63,641 nt of DNA, filler included, from Octopus bimaculoides (GCF_001194135.2; 5 parts of 4 records of this genome joined end to end with filler, not necessarily neighbours in it); one strand, 5' to 3'; shown: positions 11,700-23,984, counted from the whole stretch's first letter. Program-made: numbers and translations. Notes: generated from the letters alone by a model not told the origin.

Positions 11700-12888
11700 G
11701 TCAGAGTTGAAGTTTTACAAAAATTCTTTCTTAAGTTTCAAAATGAATGTCATAATTTTGATGACAGATTTGAGCAAATGTTCAATTAAACACAATTCTT
11801 TGATTAAGAATTTCACTGTTTTTTTTCTTTTTGCATTTTTTCTCCTTCTCTTCCTGTGCCCCAATAAGACTATTCATATCCAGAGCCAAGGCAGAGCAAA
11901 CTTTCTCAGAACATGGAGGCAAAGATGCTCTTAGTACCTTCACCTTAATCAACCAAAAAACATTCTTCTTCCTGCTTACGACGACAAGGGTTCCAGTTGA
12001 TCCGATCAGCGGAACAGCCTGCTCGTGAAGTTAACATGTAAGTGGCTGAGCGCTCCACAGACATGCATACCCTTAATGTAACTCTCAGGGAGATTCAGCA
12101 TGACACAGAATGTGACAAGGCTGGCCCCTTTGAATTACAGGTACGACTCACTTTTGCCAGCTGAGTGAAAAGGAGCTATGTGAAATAAAATGTCTTGCTC
12201 AAGAACAGATACAATGCACTGCTGGGAATTGAACTCATGCTCTTGTGGTATTATTGGTCCAAATACCCTAACCACTAAGCTACACACCTTCACCTCCTAA
12301 TGAACCATGTTGTTAATGGGTCATCCCTAAAGACTTCATCTCTTGTAGTTGCTGTAATAGTGTACTGATGTAGGGCACTGCCCAAGGACTTGTAACAGAC
12401 GAACTGCAGACAGGAACTTCACTGCGGACTAGCTAGTGAGCTGGTCTGCAGTGAAGGGGCTCATTATATGTTGCCCTTCATCATCACATTGCTGGACAAA
12501 TTTAACTCCTTTGAACCTATGATGGAGTACATATATTTCTCATTCACCAACAGTGTTGGTACCATGTATAAAAATACTTGTGATGGTACCATGTAAAAAG
12601 CACTGGTATTGATTCCACTAAAAAAAAAACGGTGGTGTTGGTGCCACATAAATAACACTGGTGATGGTGCCACATAAAAGGCACTGGTGATGGTACTACA
12701 TGAAAAGCACCCAGTATACTCTGTACAGTAGTTGGCTTTAGGAAGGACATATATGTTGAAATAGACAATAGAACCTGTTGTGGCCCCCTGGTCTTGCCAG
12801 CTCCTGTCAAACCATCCAACTTATGCCAGCATGGAAAACAGAAGTTAAATTATGGTGGTGGTGATAACTCTTTAAATATCATCATCAT

Positions 12889-13215
12889 CATCATCATCAT
12901 CATCATCGATTAACATCCGCTTTCCATGCTACCATGGGTTGGACAATTTGACTGAGGACTGGCAAACCAGATGGCTTTACCAGGCTCCAATCTGATCTGG
13001 CAGAGTTTCTACAGCTGGATGCCCTTCCTAACGCCAACCGCTCTGAGAGTGTAGTGGGTGCTTTTACGTGCCACCGGCACGGAGCCCAGTCTGGTGGCAC
13101 TGGCAACGGCCATGCTCAAATGGTGTTTTTTACGTGCCACTTGCACAGGAGTCAGTCCAGCGGCACTGGCAATGACCTCACTCAAATGTTTTGTTCACAT
13201 GCCACCGGCACAATT
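12889..13215 (-). mobile_element. Family A retroposon, antisense, just upstream of RNF123 exon E
   Basis: (CAT)n at the left end followed by the reverse complement of the family A tail and cassettes. Confidence 0.88.
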
Positions 13216-13269
13216 TTATTTGTCTAATGCAAACAACAATATTTTCATGATATCTTTTTTGTGTTTCAG

Positions 13270-13353
13270 ATGAGTGCATTACGAGACAATATGAATGAAT
13301 TTATCAATTCATTAATAGACACAGAAGAAAAATTAGCAAAATGTCCAGATGAT
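13270..13353 (+). CDS. RNF123: RNF123 exon E (MSALRDNMNEFINSLIDTEEKLAKCPDD)
   Basis: tttcag acceptor, gtaagt donor, 84 nt, phase 0/0. Matches recalled [26 protein letters not shown]. Confidence 0.9.
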
Positions 13354-13862
13354 GTAAGTCCTGTCTCTTCTCTGCCTTTTCTTTCTCTTTTAATGCTTTT
13401 GCATTCAATTATTCTGTCAACTCTGATGCTTTTTTATCCACATTGTTTTGAATTAAACAGATGTTATCTTGTAGCTTCAAAATTTGGATGTTGTGATTGT
13501 TTATTTTTACAAGGACATTGTAGGATGGGTTTGAGTGTCTGGAACTGGCCAGTTTGAACATAACTTAGATAGAATATTTTGGCCAGATGCAGCCAGTTTA
13601 AGTGTTAAAAGGTTAAACGACAAACTGTATTTTTATGTAGGTTAAAGTTTGATCAAATTTGAACGTCCTCCATCTTTACTCACATCTCCCACATCTTCTG
13701 CCACACAATTCCTTAACCCTTTTGGTACCAACCCACCTAGGCTGTCCCTGATTTTATTTTAGTATGATTCTTAGTCATGTTCTTCTTTGGCTGTTCAATG
13801 ACCACACTAAAGTTTGAGTTTCCAAATATTTCATTAACTTACGTTGTTGTATTTACAAAATG

Positions 13863-14175
13863 TGGCACATAAAACACACCATTTGAGCGTGGTCGATGCC
13901 AGTGCCGACTGACTGGCTCCTGTGCTAGTGGCACGTAAAAAGCACTATCCAAACATGATCGATGCCAGGCCCGCCTAACTGGCCCCTGTGCCATTGGCAT
14001 GTAAAAAGCACCCACTACACTCTCGGAGTGGTTGGCGTTAGGAAGGGCATCCAGCTGTAGAAACTCTGTGAGTTCAGATTGGAGCCTGGTGCAGCTTTCT
14101 GGTTTGCCAGTCTCCAGTCAAACCGTCCAATCCATGCCAGCATGGGAAACGGACATTAAACGATGATGATGAGGA
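13863..14175 (+). mobile_element. Family A retroposon, sense, downstream of RNF123 exon E
   Basis: Cassette units, common tail and (GAT)n. Confidence 0.88.
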
Positions 14176-14385
14176 TGATGTTCAGAACTAAAAATGACTT
14201 GCTTCTCTACCTTGTATAGTGTTGGATGGAATGGCAGAGCATATCATAAATATTTTATCATTTACTTCTGTTGCCACCATCAGCACCCCCACCACCACCA
14301 CCATCACCACTACCACCACCAGCCCCCATCACCAATGACAACATCTGCCTTCATCAAGCTTTATGCTATCAATTTCTGTTGACAG

Positions 14386-14493
14386 GCTCAGGAAATTAAA
14401 TATGAACTAGAAAGAGCAAAATCAGTTTTTGAAGAGAAAATCTCAGAACTTGGACGCCAAATGGCTTGGGTCATAGCAGTCATTTACTCAAAG
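14386..14493 (+). CDS. RNF123: RNF123 exon F (AQEIKYELERAKSVFEEKISELGRQMAWVIAVIYSK)
   Basis: gacag acceptor, gtaaac donor, 108 nt, phase 0/0. Matches recalled [34 protein letters not shown]. Confidence 0.9.
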
Positions 14494-14659
14494 GTAAACT
14501 TCATTTCGTTTCTTTTTCAACTGTTTTATTGTATTTGTATTTATTACTTTCATGTTTGAATCCAGTTTTGATTTCAAATGGTTCTGTCAGTTTGTTGTTG
14601 TGTACAACTTGACATTCAAAGTTTTCATACAATAAACGAATCATCTTGACTAATTTGTG

Positions 14660-15015
14660 TGGGAGACCATGGGGTCTGAGAATCTTGATGGTCTACTGGC
14701 TAAATATGGTCTCGAATAGCCAACCATGCACCAAGGCTAACGTGAAACCATTAAGAGAAACTGTCGAAGCAAGAAGATGGAAATGGCTGGGTTGAGTTTG
14801 TCGCTATAAACCGAACTCAATTGTCTGGATTGTTTTGCAATGGGTTCCTCTAGGAAAAAGAAGATGGTGGCCAACCAAAGGAAACGTGGCAGGGAACAAT
14901 AACAAAAGATCTTAAAAGCTTTGAGGGATGCTGTCAGTGTTAGGAGGTGGAATGATCTTGCTGTCGCCTCAAGTGCTACAAGGCACAATGAGAACCGAAT
15001 GAATGAATGAATGTA
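14660..15015 (+). mobile_element. Degenerate RTE-type LINE 3' fragment
   Basis: Translates to ..ARRWKWLG*..LQWVPLGKRR.., typical of the RTE ORF C-terminus; ends in (GAAT)n. Confidence 0.6.
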
Positions 15016-15586
15016 TTACTTCATAGTACAGGAGTGGCTGTGTGGTTAAGAAGCTTGCTTCCCAACCAAACATCTGATCTTGGGTTCAGTCCTACTGTGT
15101 GGCACTTTGGCAGAGTGTCTTTTCACTATAACTAAAGCACTGGGACAACCAAAGCCCTGTGAGTAGATTGGATTAACAGAAATTAAAAGAAGCCTGTCCT
15201 ACATGTGTGTGTGAGTGTATGTGTGTCCTTGTTTTGACAGCACGTGATGGTTGTAAATGAGTATCACCATCATACAGGCAATGTTTGTAGTCTTCAATGA
15301 AATATATGTCTGGCAATGGGGAAATATTACTTTGCTTGGAAACAGGTGAGGGTTAGTGACAGGAAGGGCATCTGTCCATAGATATACCTTAAGAAATTCC
15401 ATCTAATTTGTGCAAGCATGGAAAAGTGGACATTAAAAGATTATGATGATTTATATTTATATATATTTTATATTTTTCTACCGGATAAGAAATTAAATTT
15501 ATTCCTTTCACTCGATATCCATCCTTCATCCTTATACTGTCCTCTCCACCCACATTTTACATTGATTACACTCCCCATTTCCCAAA

Positions 15587-15750
15587 CAGGTGTCTTGGGG
15601 AAATTTTGATCCTAGGTTCTCATTCCTAAGGTATTTTTCGATATTATTATTATTATTGTTGTTGTTGTTGTTAGTATTCAGGTCACTGCTTGGAATTGAA
15701 CTCGGAATCTAGGGGTTAATAGCCCGCGCTCTTAACCATTACACCATATG
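15587..15750 (-). mobile_element. tRNA-headed SINE-like copy of the 6.2-kb hammerhead family, truncated in the ribozyme core
   Basis: Minus strand has A-box-like TGGTGTAATGG and B-box-like GAGTTCAATTCC, a microsatellite, then TTAGGAATGAGAACC.AGG.TC.AAATTTCCC...GACACCTG shared with 6220-6260. Confidence 0.7.
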
Positions 15751-15783
15751 TACTGTCACATTTTGTATAAATCTGTTTTTTAG

Positions 15784-15961
15784 GCAAAGCAAATAGATGT
15801 TGCCTGGATATTTCGAGTGGTTCTAAAAACTATTGAGAAAGCATCCGCCCACGAAATACCTTTCCAGTTTCTTCCAGAATTCTATGTAGACACTTGTATT
15901 AATTCCTACAATGCATTGAAAAACTATTTCCATCCAACTGCAAATTTCTTTGATATTCCAG
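15784..15961 (+). CDS. RNF123: RNF123 exon G (AKQIDVAWIFRVVLKTIEKASAHEIPFQFLPEFYVDTCINSYNALKNYFHPTANFFDIP)
   Basis: tttttag acceptor, gtaagt donor, 178 nt, phase 0/1. Matches recalled LRVCLRTIEHG...[25 protein letters not shown]. Confidence 0.93.
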
Positions 15962-16889
15962 GTAAGTTTCCACTGGTTTTTGAACTCTGTATGTGTGCAT
16001 GTCTTGCAAAGATAATCTGGAACTCGACTGAAGAAAGAAAACACCAAATGACCTGTCCTTGTTTTTTCTTGTCCCTTTTTTGTATCATCTAACTGTCTGG
16101 ATGTTTTGTTGCCCCTTTTTGTAAAAGCACCCACTACACTCTCGGAGTGGTTGGCATTAGGAAGGGCATCTAGCAGGATTTTTACAGCTGGATGCCCATC
16201 CTAACACCAACCACTCAGCACAGTATATATAAAATATAAGTGAGTAACAAAGAAATACAGGTGTCAATTCATTATGGCCGTTTCTAACAACTCCTTTAAT
16301 TGATTAATGAGAACACTACATCATTGCAAAGATATATCTATATTTGCTTATCTATATATATATACTTACACTTGCCCTTCTTGTTACCAACCCTCACCTG
16401 TTTCCAAGTAAGGCAATATTTCCCCATGGCCAGACATGTTTTCATGGAAGGTTGGAAATAAAGGACAAAAGGGTACTGCCTGTATGATAGCAACAATCAT
16501 TTAGAGGTATCACAAGGAAATACAACCATACACACTGACGAACACACACACACACTGACAAACACACACAAACACACACATACAAAAAAAAGTACTCCAT
16601 CCAGTGAGAGGTAAATGTTATTTAATGTACACAGGATATAGTTATGAGCTACTAAAGTCTTCATGCATTGGAGACGTAGTCTAGGCAAATTTTAATAATA
16701 TGCCTTTTGTCTCCAAGAAACTTTCAGGCTCTGAGCACATGGCCTATACAATTTACAAATCAAGACACTAGAACAAGAGAAAGCACAAGAAAAAATGAGA
16801 AGGTCGATGCAAAAAGTGAAAGAGTGAATAAAAATGGGAAAAGGCAAAAGAAAAGAAAATTAGAGTTATGTCCCCTTCAACCACAAAAC

Positions 16890-17830
16890 TATAATAAAGC
16901 TAGTTGTAGAATGAATCAACGAAAGGGATCCAAAGTCTGTGATTACAGCTGCTCAATCCAAAGAGGTTGGTGTCCTCCAATTTGCCGAAAGAAATTTGTC
17001 CTTATGTTAGCATTTGCTGAAAATTTCTGATCTGGAATTCAGCAGTGCGATGGAATTCTTAAATCTGAAAAGTATATGCAATCTTTCAGCTACACATAAG
17101 TTTTATTTCTTAGATCCATTAACATATGGTATGGATTTATTTTCTATGATTTTCCACTTGATTGTATGGAGTTGATCTTCAAGCCCCATATGTGGCTAGG
17201 CAACGTAGTGGCTTTACTTTTGTTCTTGTGCCGGATAGAAAATAGGTGATTTGCATAGTGTCTTTGAAGTTGCCTTTGCATAACTCAATCTGGTTCTTTT
17301 TTTGGTTAGGTCATCATGTAGCGTTGCTGTAACTTCTGCCTCAAATACAATGGAATTTATTATGCATGCCTGGTCCCATGGGTGGGCTTCCGGGTCTTGA
17401 CAGTTGCAACTGGGTGTGGTCTTTTTTGCTGATGTTTATGGGTGATGATGTTCTTCATACTGGGGCAGCAGCTATATGATAATTTAATTGTCTTTTAAAG
17501 GTCTTCCTATATTTGTGATTTTCTGGGAAATGGTTACCTAGAAGAGACAGGATTTTTTTTGCCTACATTAGTTTTAGCATATAGGGAGGGGTGGGGCAAC
17601 CAAATTATTTTCCTAGGTCTATTTTTAGATTTATTTTTATGATTCATATTTTTACTAGAAGGGTTGTAACATATCTTATCTTTGAAGTCACTGTTAACTA
17701 TGACATTGTTATAGTAGGGGACTGGATTATCAAAAATTTCCTTAGAAGAAGAGAGATTGGATATCCTATTACTAATGTTAGCTAACAGGTTTTCAAACAC
17801 TATCGGAGGATGACAGGACTGTTTGTGTAT
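16890..17830 (-). mobile_element. Degenerate Penelope-like element fragment (RT C-terminus and GIY-YIG region)
   Basis: ORF 17534-17800 contains RISNLSSSKEIFD..YYNN..RKIIW..KTNVGK. Followed by disrupted CNC..IVFEAEV and HIWGLK motifs. Confidence 0.8.
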
Positions 17831-18257
17831 GTAAAAGAATTTCTCATTTGGTTTATGATACAGTTTATTAGAGCAGGAGTTTAAAAATCTAGGAAAATAT
17901 CTAAAAAATCAACTTTTGACAGATTAGTAGTGACAGGATTTTGAGGCCTAACAAACTAAAGTTTTTTCCACATTTATCAAGAGTGTGACCATCACAGCCA
18001 TGAGATATATATGGCATGGGTTTAAAGCTGAAAAGTGATATAAATGGTGATTGAATATCAGAGTGGACCTTCAAGGAATGAGTAGAGTAAGGGTGCCAGG
18101 TGTGTGTGTGTATATATATATATACATACACACAAACACGTCCAGTCATTGGGGGAAATATTACCCTGTTTGGAAACAAGTAAGGATTAGTAAGAGGAGG
18201 GATAATGTTATCATATATTTTCTTAACTTTTATTTATTTTATTTACCTTTACTGTAG

Positions 18258-18332
18258 ATAATTTTGACCTGAGTCACAAATTTGCCTTATTCCTCACTCG
18301 GCATTTTTCTGACAATCGCATTGTAAATTCAG
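18258..18332 (+). CDS. RNF123: RNF123 exon H (DNFDLSHKFALFLTRHFSDNRIVNS); last exon visible before the segment ends
   Basis: ctgtag acceptor, gtaagt donor, 75 nt, phase 1/1. Matches recalled LAAILAKHFADARIVGT. Downstream exons, including the RING finger, were not found in the window. Confidence 0.88.
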
Positions 18333-18578
18333 GTAAGTTCAATACTTCTTTTATATCATTACTACACCATGTCTTCTAGAAGAAGAAAAACAACCAACAA
18401 AATAACAAGCAAAAAAACATCTAACAAGATTGTTACCAAATATGTTTGCTGTTAAATGATTTAGCTTCGTTACTGTATTTCAGTTAAAATACACTAACTG
18501 ACTTTGGATTAATTTTGAAAATAATGAAAATTTAGTTGTTATTAAAGTGATGTTTGGAACATAAATTAACATATTTAA

Positions 18579-19532
18579 CCCTTTCGTTACTATATTTCTG
18601 ACCAAAATACACCCCTCATGAGTTTCAATTAAATTCTAAAATAATCATGAATTTAGACTAGTCTCATTAAACACCTGTAACTTTTTTATTTATCAACATA
18701 TTAATGTGATATTTGGAACATAATTAAAGAAAGGGTTCTTAATCAATTCTATTGCATAATTTTTGTCTCTAAGTTCNNNNNNNNNNNNNNNNNNNNNNNN
18801 NNNNNNNNNNNNNNNNNNNNNNNNNNNNNNNNNNNNNNNNNNNNNNNNNNNNNNNNNNNNNNNNNNNNNNNNNNNNNNNNNNNNNNNNNNNNNNNNNNNN
18901 NNNNNNNNNNNNNNNNNNNNNNNNNNNNNNNNNNNNNNNNNNNNNNNNNNNNNNNNNNNNNNNNNNNNNNNNNNNNNNNNNNNNNNNNNNNNNNNNNNNN
19001 NNNNNNNNNNNNNNNNNNNNNNNNNNNNNNNNNNNNNNNNNNNNNNNNNNNNNNNNNNNNNNNNNNNNNNNNNNNNNNNNNNNNNNNNNNNNNNNNNNNN
19101 NNNNNNNNNNNNNNNNNNNNNNNNNNNNNNNNNNNNNNNNNNNNNNNNNNNNNNNNNNNNNNNNNNNNNNNNNNNNNNNNNNNNNNNNNNNNNNNNNNNN
19201 NNNNNNNNNNNNNNNNNNNNNNNNNNNNNNNNNNNNNNNNNNNNNNNNNNNNNNNNNNNNNNNNNNNNNNNNNNNNNNNNNNNNNNATAGCATGAAACTC
19301 CTCTCCATCTTCAAAGTTGAAAAAAATTAACGCCGCAAAAAATGTGGAAAATAATCTTCCAAAATTCAGAGTTCAAATATCACGCCAAACAGTGTCAGAG
19401 ACAATAACTCAACTGTTTGCAAAGTGAAATCAGGTGTTTTAACGAATGTACTAACGAAATTTGGGTTCAAATATACATTTAAATAACAATGGGTACGCTC
19501 GGCCGGCTACGGCCGGGTTAGTAACAAAAGGG
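18579..19532. mobile_element. piggyBac-type non-autonomous element
   Basis: TIRs CCCTTTCGTTACTA / TAGTAACAAAAGGG, with TTAA at 18575-18578 and 19533-19536. Confidence 0.8.
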
Positions 19533-19770
19533 TTAATGAGAAGTTTTAGATTACTTCAATACTTTTGTTACCAGATTCCTGTTGAAATACACTGCCTTTG
19601 TTTTAATTAATTCTGAAAGTAATGAAAGGTTTAATTAAAATGAGTTTGTCATTATTAAGCTGGTGTTTGCAACATAATTTAGCTGAAATTTTGATGGAAA
19701 CTTTTTAATTTAGATCACTTTAAAATAGAAACTATGTTGCATTGAACCAGGGATAGTCTCATGGAGGACA

Positions 19771-19808
<38 letters not shown>

Positions 19809-20354
19809 TATCGTTATCCTCTTTCAGTTTTGTTTTTATTTCTTGCCGAGTGTCTTCAAAACACCTAGGGCAAAGAAACTCAGTGTATACATTAAAATAA
19901 ACACACCAGATTGTTCATTTACAAAGTCATGTGATAGGAAAAAAAGGGAAGAAATAAAGAAAAAGGGAAGAAGAAAAGTTTTTAAAGAATAGGGAAAAAA
20001 ATGAAAGAAATGAAGAAAACAAAAAATAAAGGTGAGGAAAAGGGAAAGAAAATTCACAGCAACAATGCCCTTCTCAGTATATGGGACATATTATCATTAT
20101 TATCATTATTATAATATATTAAGGTGGTGAGCTGGCAGAATTGGTACTGCACTGGATGGACTGCTTAGTGGTATTTCGTGTGTCGCTACCTTCTGAGTTC
20201 CAATTCTGCCAAGGTTGACTTTGCCTTTCAGCCTTTCAGGATCAATTAAGTACCAGTGAAACACTGGGGTCAATGTAATTGACTTAATCCCCTCCACTAA
20301 GCTGCCCTTGTGGCAAAAATTTGAAATTGTTATTATTATTATTATTATTATTAT

Positions 20355-20715
20355 TCAGTAGTCTTATTTTCATCATGTGCTTTCACTGTACTATTGAACA
20401 CAGCTCTGTGTGCCTTGGGTATGTGCTGTGGTTTGCTGTGATGCTCTTATGGTTACTGTATTGAAAGTGTTTTGTGTAGAATGTGTGCAGTGCCCAGTAG
20501 TGCAATTTTCTGTATGTTATATATATTTGTAAGTCCTGGTGTTTTTGTTATGTATTTGTCTGAATATTTTTTTATTATACCTAAGGCACCTACTATGATA
20601 GGAATTGTTTCTGTTTTTAGATTCCACATTCGAGTTACCTCTATTTCCAGGTCTTTGTATTTTGGAAGTTTCTCCATTTCTTTCAGAGAAACGTCATTGG
20701 TTGGTATTGATACAT
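20355..20715 (-). mobile_element. R4/Dong-type non-LTR retrotransposon 3' end (restriction-like endonuclease domain)
   Basis: Translates to VSIPT..KEMEKLPKYKDLEIEVTRMWNLKTETIPIIVGALG..QKIALLGTAHIL. Confidence 0.8.
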
Positions 20716-20735
20716 CATCATCATCATCATCATCA

Positions 20736-20835
20736 NNNNNNNNNNNNNNNNNNNNNNNNNNNNNNNNNNNNNNNNNNNNTTAATTAATTAANNNNNNNNN
20801 NNNNNNNNNNNNNNNNNNNNNNNNNNNNNNNNNNN
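20736..20835. other. Artificial assembly spacer N44-TTAATTAATTAA-N44
   Basis: Exactly 100 bp. The 12-mer has stop codons in all six frames. Identical at four sites. Confidence 0.95.
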
Positions 20836-21215
20836 GGGGTACATTCTTTGCCAGGGTAGGTTTTGGCATTTATAAGCCGCCCTCTTTCCCTATTTCTGGC
20901 GAGGATGTAGTCGATTTGGCTAGAGTGTCTTCCGGAGCGGTAGGTGACTAGGTGACTGGCAGGTTTCCTGAAGTTGGTATTGCAGACCATAAGATCGGTT
21001 GCATCACAGAACTCCAGCAGTCTGGTTCCCTCCTCATTGCGGGAACCGAAGCCATAGCCTCCATGTATGCCATGGAAGCCTCCAGCACGACGTCCGACAT
21101 GACCATTGAAGTCTCCAGCCACAAAGAGAAGGTCCCTGTCACTCGTCGACGAGGTAGTTTGCAAGAGGGTGTCATAGAATTGGTCTTTCAGAGGTAATTT
21201 ATAGAGAGATAAAAA
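20836..21215 (-). mobile_element. RTE-clade LINE AP-endonuclease fragment
   Basis: Translates to LFVAGDFNGHVG..GGYGFGSRNEEGTRLLEFC..CNTNF..SQIDYIL. Confidence 0.9.
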
Positions 21216-22387
21216 GGTTATCATTTCAACTTTTAAATAAGTTCAAAAAAAGATGTAGATAAAATATATATAAAAAGAAATTTTTTTCACTAAAATTGAG
21301 AAAGAAAAAAAAATTCCCTTCCTGATTTCCATGAATGAATTGTAGCGATGGGTTTGTTTGCATGAATTTGAGTCAAAGGCAAGAACTTGAATTAGCGTTT
21401 TTTTCTTATTTCTTTCTCCCCACACTTTATTTTTTTTTTGCTTTTATTCGTTAGTGTTTCTTTTTATTTTGTTGTAAGAAGCACAATGGTTTTGAGGTTA
21501 ACAAGTTGAACTGCTGACCATATTGTATGGCTTATAACAGAGTGCTGTGCAGCAAGACAAGGTACATAACTCTGCTTGGTTAACACAAATGAAAGAATCT
21601 TGTTATAAAAATTGTTCTTTGTAAATTATTCAAATTTTCCCTATCCTTCTGTAAAAATATATGGGCTAATAATTAAATAGATAAATAAAAACAATATAAA
21701 CAAAGTCTATCTAGTATAGAGAAGGGAGGAAATCAAGGCGAGATATGTTAATACTAACTTAGCTATTCCTATAAAGCAGAAAGTACCTCTGTGTACTTTC
21801 TCCAAGTGATTCTATAAAGAGATATTCTAATTTTCTCATCACTATTTCAGCAAATACAGTGAAGGCTATGTTTCATTGAAAAGGTTTAATAAGACCAAAA
21901 CATGTTTGGAGTTGTCTCCTATATGGGACTAAATGATTAGAATAGTATTAGTCATTTAATGAATATTATCTTTTCCTCACCACATTAGTGTTTTGATGTT
22001 CGTTACATTAACTATATTAGCATTAACTCAATAAGTGTGATTGCAGTTAAGTCTAAACTGTTGGGAAGGAAATATGAATGAGAGTTACTTCCAAAGAGAT
22101 ACAATTCTGAGAAAAGAAAATAATAGACTAGGTAAATTGTTTAATATTATTATCATTGCTTGATATATTCTTACTTAGAAAAGTGAGATATGATCATCAT
22201 CATCGTCATCATCATCATCATCATCATCGTTTAACGTCTGCTTTCCATGCTAGCATGGGTTGGACGATTTGACTGAAGACTGGTGAACCAGATGGCAACA
22301 CCAGGCTCCAAGCTGATTTGGCAGAGTTTCTACAGCTGGATGCCCTTCCTAACGCCAACCACTCCAAGAGTGATGCATGCGCAAAAT

Positions 22388-22439
<52 letters not shown>

Positions 22440-22992
22440 ATGTATGTGTATTGGTGGAGTTTACATGGTTCCATCATTAATTCCATTTTAGCTTAGGACA
22501 GACAGTTTTGCAAAGCTGACCATCTGTAAGAAGTGAATGTCATTTTACAACTGGTTGTTTCTCTTCTCAATGCCTCAAATCTTTAAATGTAAGTAAATAT
22601 ACTGTCTTCATCCAGACTACTCTTCTTTATTCATACTAGGGGCACCAAGACAGGTAGTAGATAAAATCAGTAGTAGATTACTTGTAGAAAAGTGAATTTA
22701 TTTTACTTACTATCTACATGAGATTTGCGTAATTTCTGTAAGTCTCCAGCATGACAGAATTCATACAAGACTTTGTTTGTTATATCTTCAGCTGTAAGAT
22801 CCATCATGTCAGAAATGCTAAAAAATATAAGCAGTTGAAAACATTACAATATATTCAAATAAATTACTTGGCTTTGTGTAGTTAAGAAGTTTATAACCAT
22901 ATGATTCCCCAGTGGGTTATTTTGGGTAAGTGTCTTTAGTCATCATACTTTGTGCTTGTCTTGTTCAGTCAGTTATCATAGTGAGCTTTAGT

Positions 22993-23376
22993 GGAGGCAC
23001 AATGGCCCAGTGGTTAGGCAGCGGAGTCGTGGTCATAGAATCGTGGTTTTGATTCCCAGACCGGGCGTTGTGAGTGTTTATTGAGCGAAAAGACCTAAAT
23101 CTCCATGAGGCTCCGGCAGGGGATGGTGGCGAACCCTGCTGTACTCTTTCACCACAAACTTTCTCTCACTCTTACTTCCTGTTTCTGTTGTGCCTGTAAT
23201 TCAAAGGGTCAGCCTTGTCACACTGTGTCATGCTGAATATCCCCGAGAACTACGTTAAGGGTACACGTGTCTGTGGAGTGCTCAGCCACTTGCACGTTAA
23301 TTTCACGAGCAGGCTGTTCCGTTGATCGGATCAACTGGAACCCTCGATGTCGTAAGTGACGGAGTGCCAACAACAA
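22993..23376 (+). mobile_element. Full-length tRNA-derived SINE with (CAA)n tail and target-site duplication
   Basis: A-box-like TGGCCCAGTGG and B-box-like GGTTTTGATTCC. TSD CATAGTGAGCTT(T)AGT at 22977-22992 and 23377-23391. A related 3' part lies antisense at 11965-12150. Confidence 0.85.
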
Positions 23377-23637
23377 CATAGTGAGCTTAGTAGTGTTCTA
23401 GAATGTCCATGATGTGTCTAGGTGTTTGTGAGTGTCTTAATAAGAGGTTGCAGAAGCTATATGTGTCAGAGTAAATTGTAACCATGGCTTGTGCTTCTTT
23501 CCTGGGTAAGTGGGAAACCACTTTTTGCTGTAACCACTCAGTTGTAGCATGAGAAGTATGAAGTGACTCACACAACAACACATAGAGACACATACATACA
23601 TCTCTCTCTCTCTTATTCTCTTTCTCTGTCTATGTAA

Positions 23638-23677
<40 letters not shown>

Positions 23678-23777
23678 NNNNNNNNNNNNNNNNNNNNNNN
23701 NNNNNNNNNNNNNNNNNNNNNTTAATTAATTAANNNNNNNNNNNNNNNNNNNNNNNNNNNNNNNNNNNNNNNNNNNN
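23678..23777. other. Artificial assembly spacer
   Basis: N44-TTAATTAATTAA-N44. Confidence 0.95.
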
Positions 23778-23837
<60 letters not shown>

Positions 23838-23984
23838 TGTAGGCCTGTGTGTATGTGGGGGTACAATTTTCGTGAGGAGGTATGTGTAGTTATATGCAAG
23901 ATGTCACCTAATAGGGGTGTGCATTGGTGTGTGAGGCAGGGCACCTGTGGTTGCAGTCATGATGGGACGCGCAGGTACGATAGA

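Noticed and set aside
15680-15750. tRNA gene
   Set aside because: It has A/B-box-like motifs but no complete cloverleaf and is fused to repeat sequence, so it is treated as a SINE head. The same applies to the other SINE heads.
20780-20791. TTAATTAATTAA as a biological motif or CRISPR-like repeat
   Set aside because: It is always centred in exactly 88 Ns, so it is a synthetic spacer. No repeat-spacer array or cas gene is present in the window.
22750-22800. IQDFVCYIFS resembling the next RNF123 exon (YVCYPHS)
   Set aside because: The match is too short, has no suitable splice sites or flanking similarity, and lies across an assembly spacer.
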